From Promethearchaeota archaeon (GTDB lineage Archaea; Asgardarchaeota; Lokiarchaeia; Sigyniarchaeales; SOKP01): a stretch of 64,000 nucleotides of DNA. A program made the position numbers and the translations under genes. Of this stretch, positions 51,599 through 61,550 are shown piece after piece; the first letter of the stretch is position 1, and the number at the start of each line of letters is the position of its first letter. Below the pieces are notes generated by a model. It was given only the letters and a program-made list of their open reading frames with translations, ran no database searches and was not told where the DNA came from. The stretch lies in the NCBI GenBank assembly GCA_016840165.1, contig JAEOSU010000018.1, positions 1 to 64,000 on the forward strand, in the 5' to 3' direction.

Positions 51599-52219
51599 AT
51601 GTCTGAATTAGCAAAGAAATTAACTGAAAAAATCTATAAGAAAATAAATTTTAAACCTAGACTTAAAGTTGATATTGGCGAAAAAGTTAAATTCTATTTC
51701 AGTATCATTGGATGGATAATTATCATTGGTTGTGTTTACTATTGGATTCATTTCTTTATCATAGTACGAATGTATGAACCACTTGTATATACAACTTATT
51801 TAAGCTTAATTTTAATTGGGTTGACTTCTATCTTCAGGTTTGAATCAGTCTTATTAAACTCTATTTCTTGTATTACTTTCTATGGATTCATTAATATCGC
51901 TATATTTATGATTTCTCAAGTAAACGATTTATTTAGTTTAATTGTTGGGCCAGTTCTTCATCTGTCGATTGCTGTATTCCAGTTATTTATTATTTTTCAC
52001 CCAAAGATTCCAATAAGTAAACAGTATCTATTATGGAGCTTCTTGCTATTCCTAATTTTTACGAGTAGTTATGACAGTTTTCAACGTTGGGACGTTATTA
52101 CTGGTTTGTATGATATCGTGCCAACCTCTTTTACCGAGGTTTATTCATTCTATATGCTGATATTTTCAGTTCTTGGAATTTACCTTTATAAGAGAAAATT
52201 TGGAATTTTAGTCAAATAA
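51599..52219 (+). CDS. multi-TM membrane protein
   Basis: About 6 hydrophobic helices, 19 bp after the macrodomain gene. Confidence 0.65.
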   Translation: MSELAKKLTEKIYKKINFKPRLKVDIGEKVKFYFSIIGWIIIIGCVYYWIHFFIIVRMYEPLVYTTYLSLILIGLTSIFRFESVLLNSISCITFYGFINIAIFMISQVNDLFSLIVGPVLHLSIAVFQLFIIFHPKIPISKQYLLWSFLLFLIFTSSYDSFQRWDVITGLYDIVPTSFTEVYSFYMLIFSVLGIYLYKRKFGILVK

Positions 52220-52339
52220 TTAATTAGCTAATAGATCTGAAAAGAACTTTATAGGAATGCATACTTTTTTTTTTGTAGTTTAATTATTTTTAAGAAATTC
52301 TCATTATTTAATTAACAAACAATATTAGCATGCTTTAAT

Positions 52340-55252
52340 ATGGAGCCAAGAAAATACGAATATATCCGATTTTTTGAAGAAGTTCGAAGAGAAGATGTTC
52401 CAATTGTCGGAGGGAAAAATGCTTCTCTCGGAGAATTGCTCTCTTTTGGAATTCCTGTACCTTTGGGTTTTGCAGTTACAGCAAAGGCTTTTGATTATGT
52501 ATTAGATACTAACTTCTTTACAATTAAAGAAGAAGAGGTCTCTCTGCGAGAACTCATATCTCGTGATATAAAGCGTATTTCAAATCAGCTAATGGAAGAA
52601 GATATAAAAGCGATTGAAGAGGTTGACAAGTTATGCGCAAATATACGATATATTATAGAAAAAGCTAAAATTCCCGATAGTTTGAGAGATGAAATTTTAG
52701 AAGCATATCATAAATTAATCGATCACATTGGGGAAGAAACCACTTTTGCCATACGGAGCTCAGCAACCGCGGAAGATTTACCTGACGCTTCATTTGCAGG
52801 CCAGCAAGATACACATTTAAACATCTCTGGAGAGAAAGATGTTTTAGATTATATTTTAAAAGATATGGCATCTGTTTTCACTACCAGAGCAACGATGTAC
52901 AGAGAGAGAGCGGGATTTGATCATTTTGCTGTAAAATTAAGTGTGGGCGTTCAGGAAATGGCTGGAGGAAAAGATGGAGTTAAAGCTTCCGGCGTAATGT
53001 TTTCAGAGGACCCAGACTCAGGTAATCCAAACGTTGTCGTCATTAGAGGAACTTGGGGCCTTGGAGAGTTGATTGTACAAGGAGTTGAAAAAGGTGACGA
53101 GTTCATCGTTTTTAAACACGGACCTCAATTACAAATAATCAGTAAAAGCCTCGTGAAAAAGGAGAAAACAATGATTTTCGATATTGAGAAAGGTGGGACG
53201 ATTACAAAACCCGTAGAAAAAGCTAATCAGAAGAAATTTTGCTTAAATGAACAACAAGTAAAGTTATTAGCTGAATTTGCCACCAAAATACGCGAACATT
53301 ATGGAGTACCAATGGATGTCGAATGGGCATTAGGAAATAATGGTAAAATCTATATAGTACAAGCTCGACCAGAAACAGTTCATTCTCAAAAAGGAGATAC
53401 AGAGGAGATATTTTATCTATTAGAAGATGCAACTAAACTTATATCGGAAAATTATTTAATTGATAATTCTGGCACAGCAATCGGACGAAGAATTGGATAT
53501 GGAAAAGTTAAAGTCATTGAATCGATTAATGAAGCCCATCTTCTTGAAGAAGGCGATATATTAATCACAGAGGAGACGAACCCAGATTGGACGAGTTATA
53601 TGGCAAATCTTGGAGGTGTAGTGACGGAGCGCGGAGGTCCCACTTGCCACGCGGCTATCGTTTCCAGAGAACTTAATATTGCATCAATTGTTGGTGCTGA
53701 TAATATTATAGAGCTTATTAAAGAAAAGATACGAGAATCCAACCTTCAAACAATTACAATTGACTGTAGTGAAGGCGAACCGCGCATCTGGGCAAAAGAG
53801 GTCGAATATGATTATGATACAATCGAATTTTCAAAGCTTCCTAAAACCAAAACGAAAGTTCTAGTGAATTTGGGAATCCCTAAAGGTGCTCTTAGTTCAG
53901 GAAAGCATCCTGATGGAACTGGGTTGGCACGTTTAGAATTCATCATAAATGATGAGATTCAAATCCATCCGAATGCCTTAATCGATTTCGATGCCTTACT
54001 TATGAGATATGATATTTTATTAGAACAAAGAAAAAAAATCGAAAATATAAAAAAAAGTGATCTCCACTATAAAGATCCCTTTAACGAAGAGATTAAACGT
54101 TTAAGGCTCACTATTGACAAAATTAGAGAACTAACAGAAGGTTATGATGATAAAGTCGACTTTTACATACAAAAGTTGGCGGAGGGTATAGCAACTATCG
54201 CAGCAGGCGTATGGAAAAAATTACCAGATGGTGAGATAGCTCCATGTGTCGTTCGATTGTCTGACTTTAAAACAAATGAATATGAAAACCTCATTGGCGG
54301 TTGGTTTTATGAAAGTGATGAAAATAATCCGATGCTCGGCTTCCGAGGGGCCTCACGTTACTGTTCTAACGATTTCCAGAACGCTTTTATCTTAGAGTTA
54401 AAAGCAATTAAAAAGGCTAGGGAATGGGGCTTGATTAATATCATTCCAATGGTTCCATTTTTACGGACTCCAGAAGAGGGCATTCATATTGAGCAGATAA
54501 TGAGATCACAAGATTTAATTCGAGGTCAAAATGGATTAAAGGTCTATTGTATGGCAGAAATTCCCTCAAATATATTCCTAGCGGATATTTTCTGTAAAAC
54601 ATTTGATGGGTTTTCAATAGGGAGCAATGATTTAACTCAATTAATTTACGGAGCTGGAAGAGATAACGAAAAACTGATTACACTTTCACGAAATTACAAT
54701 TATATAACGAATAGTGAAGCAATTAGAAGAGCAGTCTCCCATCTTATTAAAGTCGCCCATGAAAACAATAGAAAGGTCGGAATTTGTGGACAAGCACCGA
54801 GTGATGATCCCGATTTTCTCCGATTTCTAGTGAGGGAAGGAATTGACTCAATTTCTCTTAACTTTGATACTTTTGCTCGAGGAAGGATCAATACGTGGAG
54901 GACTGAAATTATTGAAAACAAGTTAAGTGAAGATAATAAAGAATTAGCATATACTTTTCTAAGCCAATGCGATGATTTAATTGAGAAACTACGAATTCCA
55001 CGTGGTAAATTAAGGAATCTTGCTCGAAAGAAAAGAAAGAAAATTTCAGAAACATTAGATATTAATGTTTCCAAATTTGATGAGATATTTGAAAATACGA
55101 CAAGGATCTCAAATGAATTTGTGCAGAATATTAACTCTGGCAAATTTAAAAATTTTAATAATCTCTATAATGAATATCACGAACAATTACAGTCATATGA
55201 TAAACTGGTTCCTCAATTGATGAAAAGTATTCGTGAATTTGGTATTTTTTAA
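52340..55252 (+). CDS. ppsA: phosphoenolpyruvate synthase with C-terminal helical extension
   Basis: VGGKNASLGE, RSSATAEDLPDASFAGQQ, phospho-His TCHAAIVSREL, NPMLGFRG, SIGSNDLTQ, GICGQ. Confidence 0.95.
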   Translation: MEPRKYEYIRFFEEVRREDVPIVGGKNASLGELLSFGIPVPLGFAVTAKAFDYVLDTNFFTIKEEEVSLRELISRDIKRISNQLMEEDIKAIEEVDKLCANIRYIIEKAKIPDSLRDEILEAYHKLIDHIGEETTFAIRSSATAEDLPDASFAGQQDTHLNISGEKDVLDYILKDMASVFTTRATMYRERAGFDHFAVKLSVGVQEMAGGKDGVKASGVMFSEDPDSGNPNVVVIRGTWGLGELIVQGVEKGDEFIVFKHGPQLQIISKSLVKKEKTMIFDIEKGGTITKPVEKANQKKFCLNEQQVKLLAEFATKIREHYGVPMDVEWALGNNGKIYIVQARPETVHSQKGDTEEIFYLLEDATKLISENYLIDNSGTAIGRRIGYGKVKVIESINEAHLLEEGDILITEETNPDWTSYMANLGGVVTERGGPTCHAAIVSRELNIASIVGADNIIELIKEKIRESNLQTITIDCSEGEPRIWAKEVEYDYDTIEFSKLPKTKTKVLVNLGIPKGALSSGKHPDGTGLARLEFIINDEIQIHPNALIDFDALLMRYDILLEQRKKIENIKKSDLHYKDPFNEEIKRLRLTIDKIRELTEGYDDKVDFYIQKLAEGIATIAAGVWKKLPDGEIAPCVVRLSDFKTNEYENLIGGWFYESDENNPMLGFRGASRYCSNDFQNAFILELKAIKKAREWGLINIIPMVPFLRTPEEGIHIEQIMRSQDLIRGQNGLKVYCMAEIPSNIFLADIFCKTFDGFSIGSNDLTQLIYGAGRDNEKLITLSRNYNYITNSEAIRRAVSHLIKVAHENNRKVGICGQAPSDDPDFLRFLVREGIDSISLNFDTFARGRINTWRTEIIENKLSEDNKELAYTFLSQCDDLIEKLRIPRGKLRNLARKKRKKISETLDINVSKFDEIFENTTRISNEFVQNINSGKFKNFNNLYNEYHEQLQSYDKLVPQLMKSIREFGIF

Positions 55253-55386
55253 GGAATTTCTCATAAATTAGCTAAAACGAAAAGCTACTAAGTATAGAAA
55301 AACAATAAAATTATATTTTATTCACTATTCATTAAATCATTCCTACTTACTATATTTCTGTAAATTTGTTATTTGGTGAATTTATC

Positions 55387-55668
55387 ATGAGCCATGAAAA
55401 AGAATTTACTGCCCTGGTTTTAGACACATTTGGAAAGGTTGAACAATTACTTAATGGAATGATCAATGATCGTTCAGTCCCTCGCAACATAAAACGAATT
55501 GCTCAGAGAGGGATTGATGAACTCAAAAAAAAGGATGATTCTCCTGCTGTTCATGCGAGTAATGTAATGTATATGGTTGATGATTTATCTCTTGATCCAA
55601 ATATTCCATTTCATCAAAGAACAACGATTTATAGAATTTTATCGTTATTAGAAAAAATAAAGGATTAA
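55387..55668 (+). CDS. UPF0147 family protein
   Basis: D.SVPRNI.R.A, DPNIP.H.RT. GGTGA before ATG 55387. Confidence 0.88.
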   Translation: MSHEKEFTALVLDTFGKVEQLLNGMINDRSVPRNIKRIAQRGIDELKKKDDSPAVHASNVMYMVDDLSLDPNIPFHQRTTIYRILSLLEKIKD

Positions 55669-55845
55669 ATTACTCTTTATTTTAAAATTTGTACTAGAAC
55701 TTATTTTAAATAATATGTATTAAATAAGTATTAATAAGATATTCCTTCCTATTTTAAACAAACAAAATTTAAATTAGAAAATGATAATATAATCTACAAA
55801 TATAAAGATTATATGAAATCTACAAACCAGTATATATTCAGCTAA

Positions 55846-56889
55846 ATGATAAACCAAGATATTATTACCGCTGTGTTGTATATCCAATTAGATGATGAAG
55901 TAGGTCCTAATCCCGTTGTAACTCTTCCTAAGGATTTTGCTAATGTAAATAAGATGCATGTCAGTATTAAAGTGATTACGGTACTTTCGGGAGAACATGG
56001 TAATGTTCCAAAAAAATTGGTCATTCTACCGTTTCCTTCTCTAAAATTAAAAGGAATTATTAAATATATTAAGTGGGACGATCCTAAACGAAGAGGAGGC
56101 ATTGGTCAGGCAGCAATAGCCATTTTATTTGAGGATATAAACGATGTTATCTTTTACAAATATTTTGAACAATTGAGCGACTCTTTCGAGGAAATAGGAA
56201 AAATCTTTAGAAATTTGGAAGAAAATAGATCTAAATTGGAAGAAATCGAAAAAGAAGTTAAGAATTTAATTAATAGAATCAAAACAGTACTTAATGAGCT
56301 ACGGATTGATGAAACATCTCAATCTGAATCAAAAGAATTTCCAAAACTTAAACTTAAAGATTCAACAATGATAGATTATAAATTCAAAATCATTGTGTTA
56401 GGAGATCCGGGAGTGGGAAAAACCTCGCTTATATTAAGATACACTGATAACGCTTTTCGAAGAAGTTATATTCCTACCTTAGGGGTGCACGTTAGTGATA
56501 AGATCTTTAAAATAGATGATGCCGTTGTTCAACTTGTAATCTGGGATTTAGCAGGACAACAAAAATTCGATACAATGCGTCATCAATTCTATGTTGGTTC
56601 TGATGGTTTTATTTTGGTATTTGATTTGACTAATCTCAATTCTTTTGAGAATTTATCTAACTGGTTTCTAGATATACAAAATCAATTCAAGGATCAAACT
56701 AACTTAATGGGTTATGTTATCGGAAATAAATGTGATTTAAGAGAGCAAGTTAAAATTAAATCGGAAAATGCAAAAGAATTAGCCTCTTATCTAAACCTTA
56801 ACTTTATTGAAACATCAGCTTTATCTGGTTTAAATGTTAATAAAGTTTTTACACAATTAGCAAAATCTTTATATACTTCATTTACTTAA
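55846..56889 (+). CDS. uDENN/longin-like + Rab-like GTPase fusion, paralog 1
   Basis: LDDEVGP, DPKRRG. GDPGVGKTS, YIPTLG, WDLAGQ, GNKCD, ETSAL. Confidence 0.88.
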   Translation: MINQDIITAVLYIQLDDEVGPNPVVTLPKDFANVNKMHVSIKVITVLSGEHGNVPKKLVILPFPSLKLKGIIKYIKWDDPKRRGGIGQAAIAILFEDINDVIFYKYFEQLSDSFEEIGKIFRNLEENRSKLEEIEKEVKNLINRIKTVLNELRIDETSQSESKEFPKLKLKDSTMIDYKFKIIVLGDPGVGKTSLILRYTDNAFRRSYIPTLGVHVSDKIFKIDDAVVQLVIWDLAGQQKFDTMRHQFYVGSDGFILVFDLTNLNSFENLSNWFLDIQNQFKDQTNLMGYVIGNKCDLREQVKIKSENAKELASYLNLNFIETSALSGLNVNKVFTQLAKSLYTSFT

Positions 56890-56954
56890 AATTCCTTGAT
56901 TCTATGATTATACTAATCGTTAGAAATAAAAAATTTTTGAGAATATAAAAAATT

Positions 56955-57044
56955 ATGAAAAAAAAAGTAAAATATCTATTAATATTCTTATTAATAATTA
57001 GTAGTTCAATCACGGGAGTAATATTATACGTATTAAATTTCTGA
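56955..57044 (+). CDS. candidate 29-aa membrane micropeptide or gene remnant
   Basis: Hand-translated MKKKVKYLLIFLLIISSSITGVILYVLNF*, below the ORF-track size cutoff. Confidence 0.35.
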   Translation: MKKKVKYLLIFLLIISSSITGVILYVLNF

Positions 57045-57183
57045 AAAATCTACATCAAGTGAAGAGATTTATTTTCTAAAGTTGATGTCTAATTGATCCA
57101 AATAACAGATATTTATATCATCTTATAAATTTTATATAGAATTTTAGCAATAACCAAATAATAAATATTGTTAATTTTTCAAT

Positions 57184-57209
57184 TATATAAGACTAAAAAC
57201 TTTTTAGTC
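57184..57209 (+). promoter_or_regulatory. TATA-like box followed by the perfect palindrome GACTAAAAA-C-TTTTTAGTC
   Basis: TATATAA at 57184-57190, 9-bp arms at 57191-57199 and 57201-57209, about 30 bp before the 57238 start. Confidence 0.5.
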
Positions 57210-57237
57210 GATAATTTATTAGCGTTGAGGATTAAGA

Positions 57238-58290
57238 TTGGATAGAGCGATCATTCATTCCATAGTATACACTGAATTTAATGATGAATTAGGTCCAAAT
57301 CCACTTTTTTGTCTTCCACAAGATTTGTCAGAGAACATTTCAATGCTTGTAAGCATTAAAACGGTTACGATCCTCTCAGCTGATCATGGTTTTATACCAG
57401 ATTCGCTTATAATTATTCCTTTTCCCTCGTTGAAATTAAAAGGTTTAATTAAATATATAGAAAGAGACGACGAATCAAGACGGGGAAAAGTTGCTCAATC
57501 TGCAATCACATTTTTATTTCGAGAAGTTGAAGATATCCTCTTTTATAAATATATGAACTATTTCAATTCTCCTTTTAATGAGACCACCCGTAAAATAGTT
57601 GAATTAGAAAATCAAAATCAGGATAAATCGCTGATATTTAGAGAAATTGAGAATTTAAAAGATAGTATTCACGCATTATTAAAAGATTTTAGGATTAAAG
57701 AATTTCAGCAATTCTCTTATAAAGAATTTCCTGAAATAAAAAAATTAACTGAAAAAGAAGTTGATTTAAAGGCGAAAATAGTAATTATTGGAGATCCAGG
57801 AGTCGGAAAAACAAGTACTATTTTACGTTTTACTGATAATGCATTTAAAAGAAGCTATATCCCCACTATGGGCACAAACATAACTGAAAAGAGTTTTAGA
57901 GTTAAGGATAATATAATAGAGTTGATTCTATGGGATTTAGCAGGACAAAGTAAGTTCGAACTTATGCGAAAACATTTTTATCAAGGCGCTGAAGCTGTTA
58001 TACTTATTTTTGATTTAACAAATCCTAAATCCTTTCAAAGTGTAATTCAGTGGTTTGAAGATATCGAGAATAACTTAATACTTGAGCATGAGCTTATTGG
58101 ATGTCTCTTTGGAAACAAAACTGATTTAACTAATGGACGTAAAATTGGTACTAATGAAGCACAAAAATTAGCCTCCCAGTTAAATCTAGATTACTTTGAA
58201 ACTTCGGCTCTAACAGGAAAAAATGTAGAAAATGCATTTTATAAGATCGCAGAGAAAATTATTGAAGTAAGAAAGCCAGATTTAGCATAA
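57238..58290 (+). CDS. uDENN/longin-like + Rab-like GTPase fusion, paralog 2
   Basis: EFNDELGP, DESRRG. GDPGVGKTS, YIPTMG, WDLAGQ, GNKTD, ETSAL. Confidence 0.88.
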   Translation: MDRAIIHSIVYTEFNDELGPNPLFCLPQDLSENISMLVSIKTVTILSADHGFIPDSLIIIPFPSLKLKGLIKYIERDDESRRGKVAQSAITFLFREVEDILFYKYMNYFNSPFNETTRKIVELENQNQDKSLIFREIENLKDSIHALLKDFRIKEFQQFSYKEFPEIKKLTEKEVDLKAKIVIIGDPGVGKTSTILRFTDNAFKRSYIPTMGTNITEKSFRVKDNIIELILWDLAGQSKFELMRKHFYQGAEAVILIFDLTNPKSFQSVIQWFEDIENNLILEHELIGCLFGNKTDLTNGRKIGTNEAQKLASQLNLDYFETSALTGKNVENAFYKIAEKIIEVRKPDLA

Positions 58291-58440
58291 ATTAATTCTT
58301 CCAACTAAGATTTATAATTAAGTTATAAAAATCTAAATTTTATAGTCTTATTCAAAATAGTTTAATTGGATAGTAATAAAAATAAACATTGCTAAATATT
58401 ATTTAAATTAGATTTTTATATTCTTGGGTGGAATCTAAGC

Positions 58441-59658
58441 ATGGTAAATTTTACCTTTGATGATTGGATCATAGGTGTTTCTACATTAGTAATTTTATTA
58501 TTTGGTTATGGATTAGGGTCCTACTTTTTTTACAAGTCAATAAAGATGAAGACTATGCTCCTTAGCATGCTAAGTTTGTCGATGATAAGTGTGAGTTTTG
58601 CATGGCTACCCATTGTTTTAGATTTCTTTTTAGTGCTTTTTACTAATACAAGTGGAGAACTTTTAGTTTATATATATTTAACTTGGGGTCAACTCCCTTT
58701 TAGCGTTTTTTTAAGTCAATATGTGGCTGCGGAACTCCTTTTACCATCAAAAAAGATATATATCATTTATTTCTTAGAAATAATCGGAATACTTTTCTTA
58801 GTATTTCTATTTTTAGATCCGGTCAATTCTGTTATCCCTGTAGGATATCCTGCGGAAAACTTTTATTATAAGATTAGTATTAAAAATAATTCATTTCTAG
58901 GGATTTTTGGTCTTATATTAATCCTTTTTGTCTTTATCTTTTCTGGTATAGGTTATATTTATAAATCTTCCATTTCTAAGCCTCAAATTAAAAATAATTT
59001 TAGATTTTTAGGAATAGGAATGATATTTATTTATTTATTTGGTTTTCTAGACAGTATTCTTAATGGGATCTTTCTTGTTTTAGTAAGAATAGGGGCGATT
59101 GTCGGGCTCTTTTTATCCTACTGGGGGCTTAAACCAAGAATTCAAAAAAAACATCATGATTATGATAATCGTGTGAAGGTGATTACTTATTTTCTCCATA
59201 AGCCAAAATCCGCGGATATTTCAGGAGAGATCGAATATTATCGTGATTTATTAAAACGGCCAATAGTTTTATTCATAAGTTTTTATCTTGGAGATTTAAA
59301 AATATTTAAGATAAGAGAGGTTATCCAAAAATTAAAAGTTTATCCTGAAATCAAAGATATTATTTATCGGACTTATGAAACCAATGAAAACATGTTTGAG
59401 TTTACACAAAATGTTATTGATAAATTTGACATAATGCTAGTATTTTGTTCAAAAGAAGCATTAAGTTCAATAGAGGTCAAAAATCAATGGATAAGTGCTC
59501 TTGAAAACAAGAAATCAATCATCCCTGTGTTTATAAAATCAGATTACGTGCCAGATCTATTGAAGAATAATGAAGGATTATTATATGATTTATATGACTT
59601 TGACAAAACAGTCTTAAATTTACGGCATTTAATATTAAAAGCAATTTTCAGTAAATAA
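58441..59658 (+). CDS. seven-TM membrane protein with C-terminal TIR domain
   Basis: Seven hydrophobic segments in the first ~230 aa, then LFISF...DIMLVFCSKEALSS..VKNQWISA....KSIIPVF TIR pattern. Confidence 0.78.
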   Translation: MVNFTFDDWIIGVSTLVILLFGYGLGSYFFYKSIKMKTMLLSMLSLSMISVSFAWLPIVLDFFLVLFTNTSGELLVYIYLTWGQLPFSVFLSQYVAAELLLPSKKIYIIYFLEIIGILFLVFLFLDPVNSVIPVGYPAENFYYKISIKNNSFLGIFGLILILFVFIFSGIGYIYKSSISKPQIKNNFRFLGIGMIFIYLFGFLDSILNGIFLVLVRIGAIVGLFLSYWGLKPRIQKKHHDYDNRVKVITYFLHKPKSADISGEIEYYRDLLKRPIVLFISFYLGDLKIFKIREVIQKLKVYPEIKDIIYRTYETNENMFEFTQNVIDKFDIMLVFCSKEALSSIEVKNQWISALENKKSIIPVFIKSDYVPDLLKNNEGLLYDLYDFDKTVLNLRHLILKAIFSK

Positions 59659-59673
59659 TCTGGTTTTCCGTGT

Positions 59674-60456
59674 TCAATTTTCTTTTTGGCAAGTAGGACA
59701 AAAAAAACCATGACGCCCCAAGATTTCATATCTTTTAATTGGTGTGTGACAAATAGGACAATTTTCTTCTTCAATTCGGTGAGGAATTATTAATTTACTT
59801 GAATAAGTTGCGAGATTTCCTTTTTTTCTGATCCCATACTTAAGAATCTCTTTAATATTTGTAAATAACTCTTTTAATTGATATTCCTGTAAAATATTTA
59901 TTTTAGTTAGGGGATTTATTTGAGTTCTGAATAAAATTTCATCAGAATAAATATTTCCAATTCCACATATAATCCTTTGATTCATAAGTGCGGTCTTAAC
60001 ATTAGTAGTTCTTCGTTTTAAACTCATTAAAAACTCTTCATAACTCATAGTAAGTGCATCGGGTCCTAATCTATTTTTATTGATATATTTCTTATAGTCG
60101 TCAGTAATATCTAATTTGCCAAACATTCTTGTAGATATATATGATAATATATGATTATTTGTGAACTCGAACAAAACTTTACTGTACTTTGGTTCTTCTT
60201 CTCCCCTTCTGTAGTATTCTAAATCTCCTGTCATACCAAAATGCATAACTAAGAAAAATGAATTACATTCTACAAATAAATATTTTCCATGACGAGTAAC
60301 TGAGTTAAATTTTTTACCCCGAAGGGTATTTATAAATATATTTTCCTCTATTGAGAGAATCCGAGTATCTTTAATTTTGATATTTTTAATTTGCTTATTT
60401 AAAGAGGTGGATTCAAAATATTGCTTAAAAGTCTCAACTTCTGGAAGTTCTGGCAT
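59674..60456 (-). CDS. mutM: Fpg/Nei family DNA glycosylase
   Basis: MPELPEVET, RHGKYL, HFGMTG, GIGNIYSDE, CPIC...CPTC zinc finger. Confidence 0.9.
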   Translation of the reverse strand: MPELPEVETFKQYFESTSLNKQIKNIKIKDTRILSIEENIFINTLRGKKFNSVTRHGKYLFVECNSFFLVMHFGMTGDLEYYRRGEEEPKYSKVLFEFTNNHILSYISTRMFGKLDITDDYKKYINKNRLGPDALTMSYEEFLMSLKRRTTNVKTALMNQRIICGIGNIYSDEILFRTQINPLTKINILQEYQLKELFTNIKEILKYGIRKKGNLATYSSKLIIPHRIEEENCPICHTPIKRYEILGRHGFFCPTCQKEN

Positions 60457-60485
60457 AATCTAAATTAGATTTTTAGTTTAATCAA

Positions 60486-61454
60486 TCAAATAAGGTGCTT
60501 TTCTTTCATTTCTGAGAAAAATTGTACTAAATTCACATTTCCTCCACTTAATATAACCCCTATTCGCTTATTTTTAGTTAGCTCATTATTTAATAATTGA
60601 AAAAGTAAGGGCGCAAGTGAGACTGCTCCAGAGGGTTCAGCTACAATTTTTAAATTCTCAAGATAAAACATCATCGCTTTAAGAATTTGTTCTTCACTAA
60701 CAGTTATTATGTCGTCAACATATTTCTGAATGATTGGAAAAGTGTTCTCACCTAAGGAAGTTCGTAATCCATCAGCAATAGTATCAGGATTTTCAACTAA
60801 TAATCTCTCTCCTGATTTGAAAGACCGATAGGCATCATCAGCATTTTTGGGTTCTACTCCTATTACTTTTATACTCCGATCTAAGCCTTTTGCCGCAAGA
60901 GCTGTTCCACTTAACAATCCTCCACCGCCAACTGGTACTAATATCAAGTCTAATTTACCTACTTCTCTTAGGAGTTCATAAGCAACTGTACCTGCTCCAA
61001 AAATAACATGATTGTCATTGTGAGGATGAATAAGGCTAAGACCTTTTTCGTTAGCTAACTTTTTAGCCATTTTCTCGCGATCATGTGGATTATTCCCACT
61101 AAATATAATCTCTGCTCCATATTCTTCAGTTGCTTTTCTTTTAAATTCTGAAGTATTTTCTGGCATTACTATTGTTGCTTTAATCCCCAGCATCTTTGCT
61201 ACTAAAGCCACTGCTTGAGCATGATTTCCGGAGGAATGAGCAATAATGCCTCTTTCTCGCATATCCTGCGAAAGCTGACTAATCGCATTCCAGGCACCCC
61301 TAAATTTAAACGACCCAGTCTTTTGGAAATTTTCACATTTGATATAGACCATTTTAGCTTGATTCAATTCATTAAGTATTCTTGACCTTATTATAAGAGT
61401 AGAATTTGCGATTCTACCAACAATCTTATTCGCTAATTTAATTTGTGAAAACAT
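60486..61454 (-). CDS. PLP-dependent threonine/serine dehydratase (serine racemase-like)
   Basis: KCENFQKTGSFKFRGA, SSGNHAQ, PVGGGGLLSG, SGGN. Confidence 0.92.
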   Translation of the reverse strand: MFSQIKLANKIVGRIANSTLIIRSRILNELNQAKMVYIKCENFQKTGSFKFRGAWNAISQLSQDMRERGIIAHSSGNHAQAVALVAKMLGIKATIVMPENTSEFKRKATEEYGAEIIFSGNNPHDREKMAKKLANEKGLSLIHPHNDNHVIFGAGTVAYELLREVGKLDLILVPVGGGGLLSGTALAAKGLDRSIKVIGVEPKNADDAYRSFKSGERLLVENPDTIADGLRTSLGENTFPIIQKYVDDIITVSEEQILKAMMFYLENLKIVAEPSGAVSLAPLLFQLLNNELTKNKRIGVILSGGNVNLVQFFSEMKEKHLI

Positions 61455-61550
61455 TTTTATCAGTCTCTTTATTCAAAATATCTTACAATTTAAATTGTTT
61501 TAGCTAAATTTTTGGTAGTTTTTTAAAAAAAAAGAAAAATTAATAGAAAT

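Noticed and set aside
51055-59658. Thoeris-like system from macrodomain + TM protein + TIR
   Set aside because: The macrodomain is a canonical Af1521/YmdB type. The TIR is about 7 kb away beyond housekeeping genes and appears to lack the catalytic Glu.
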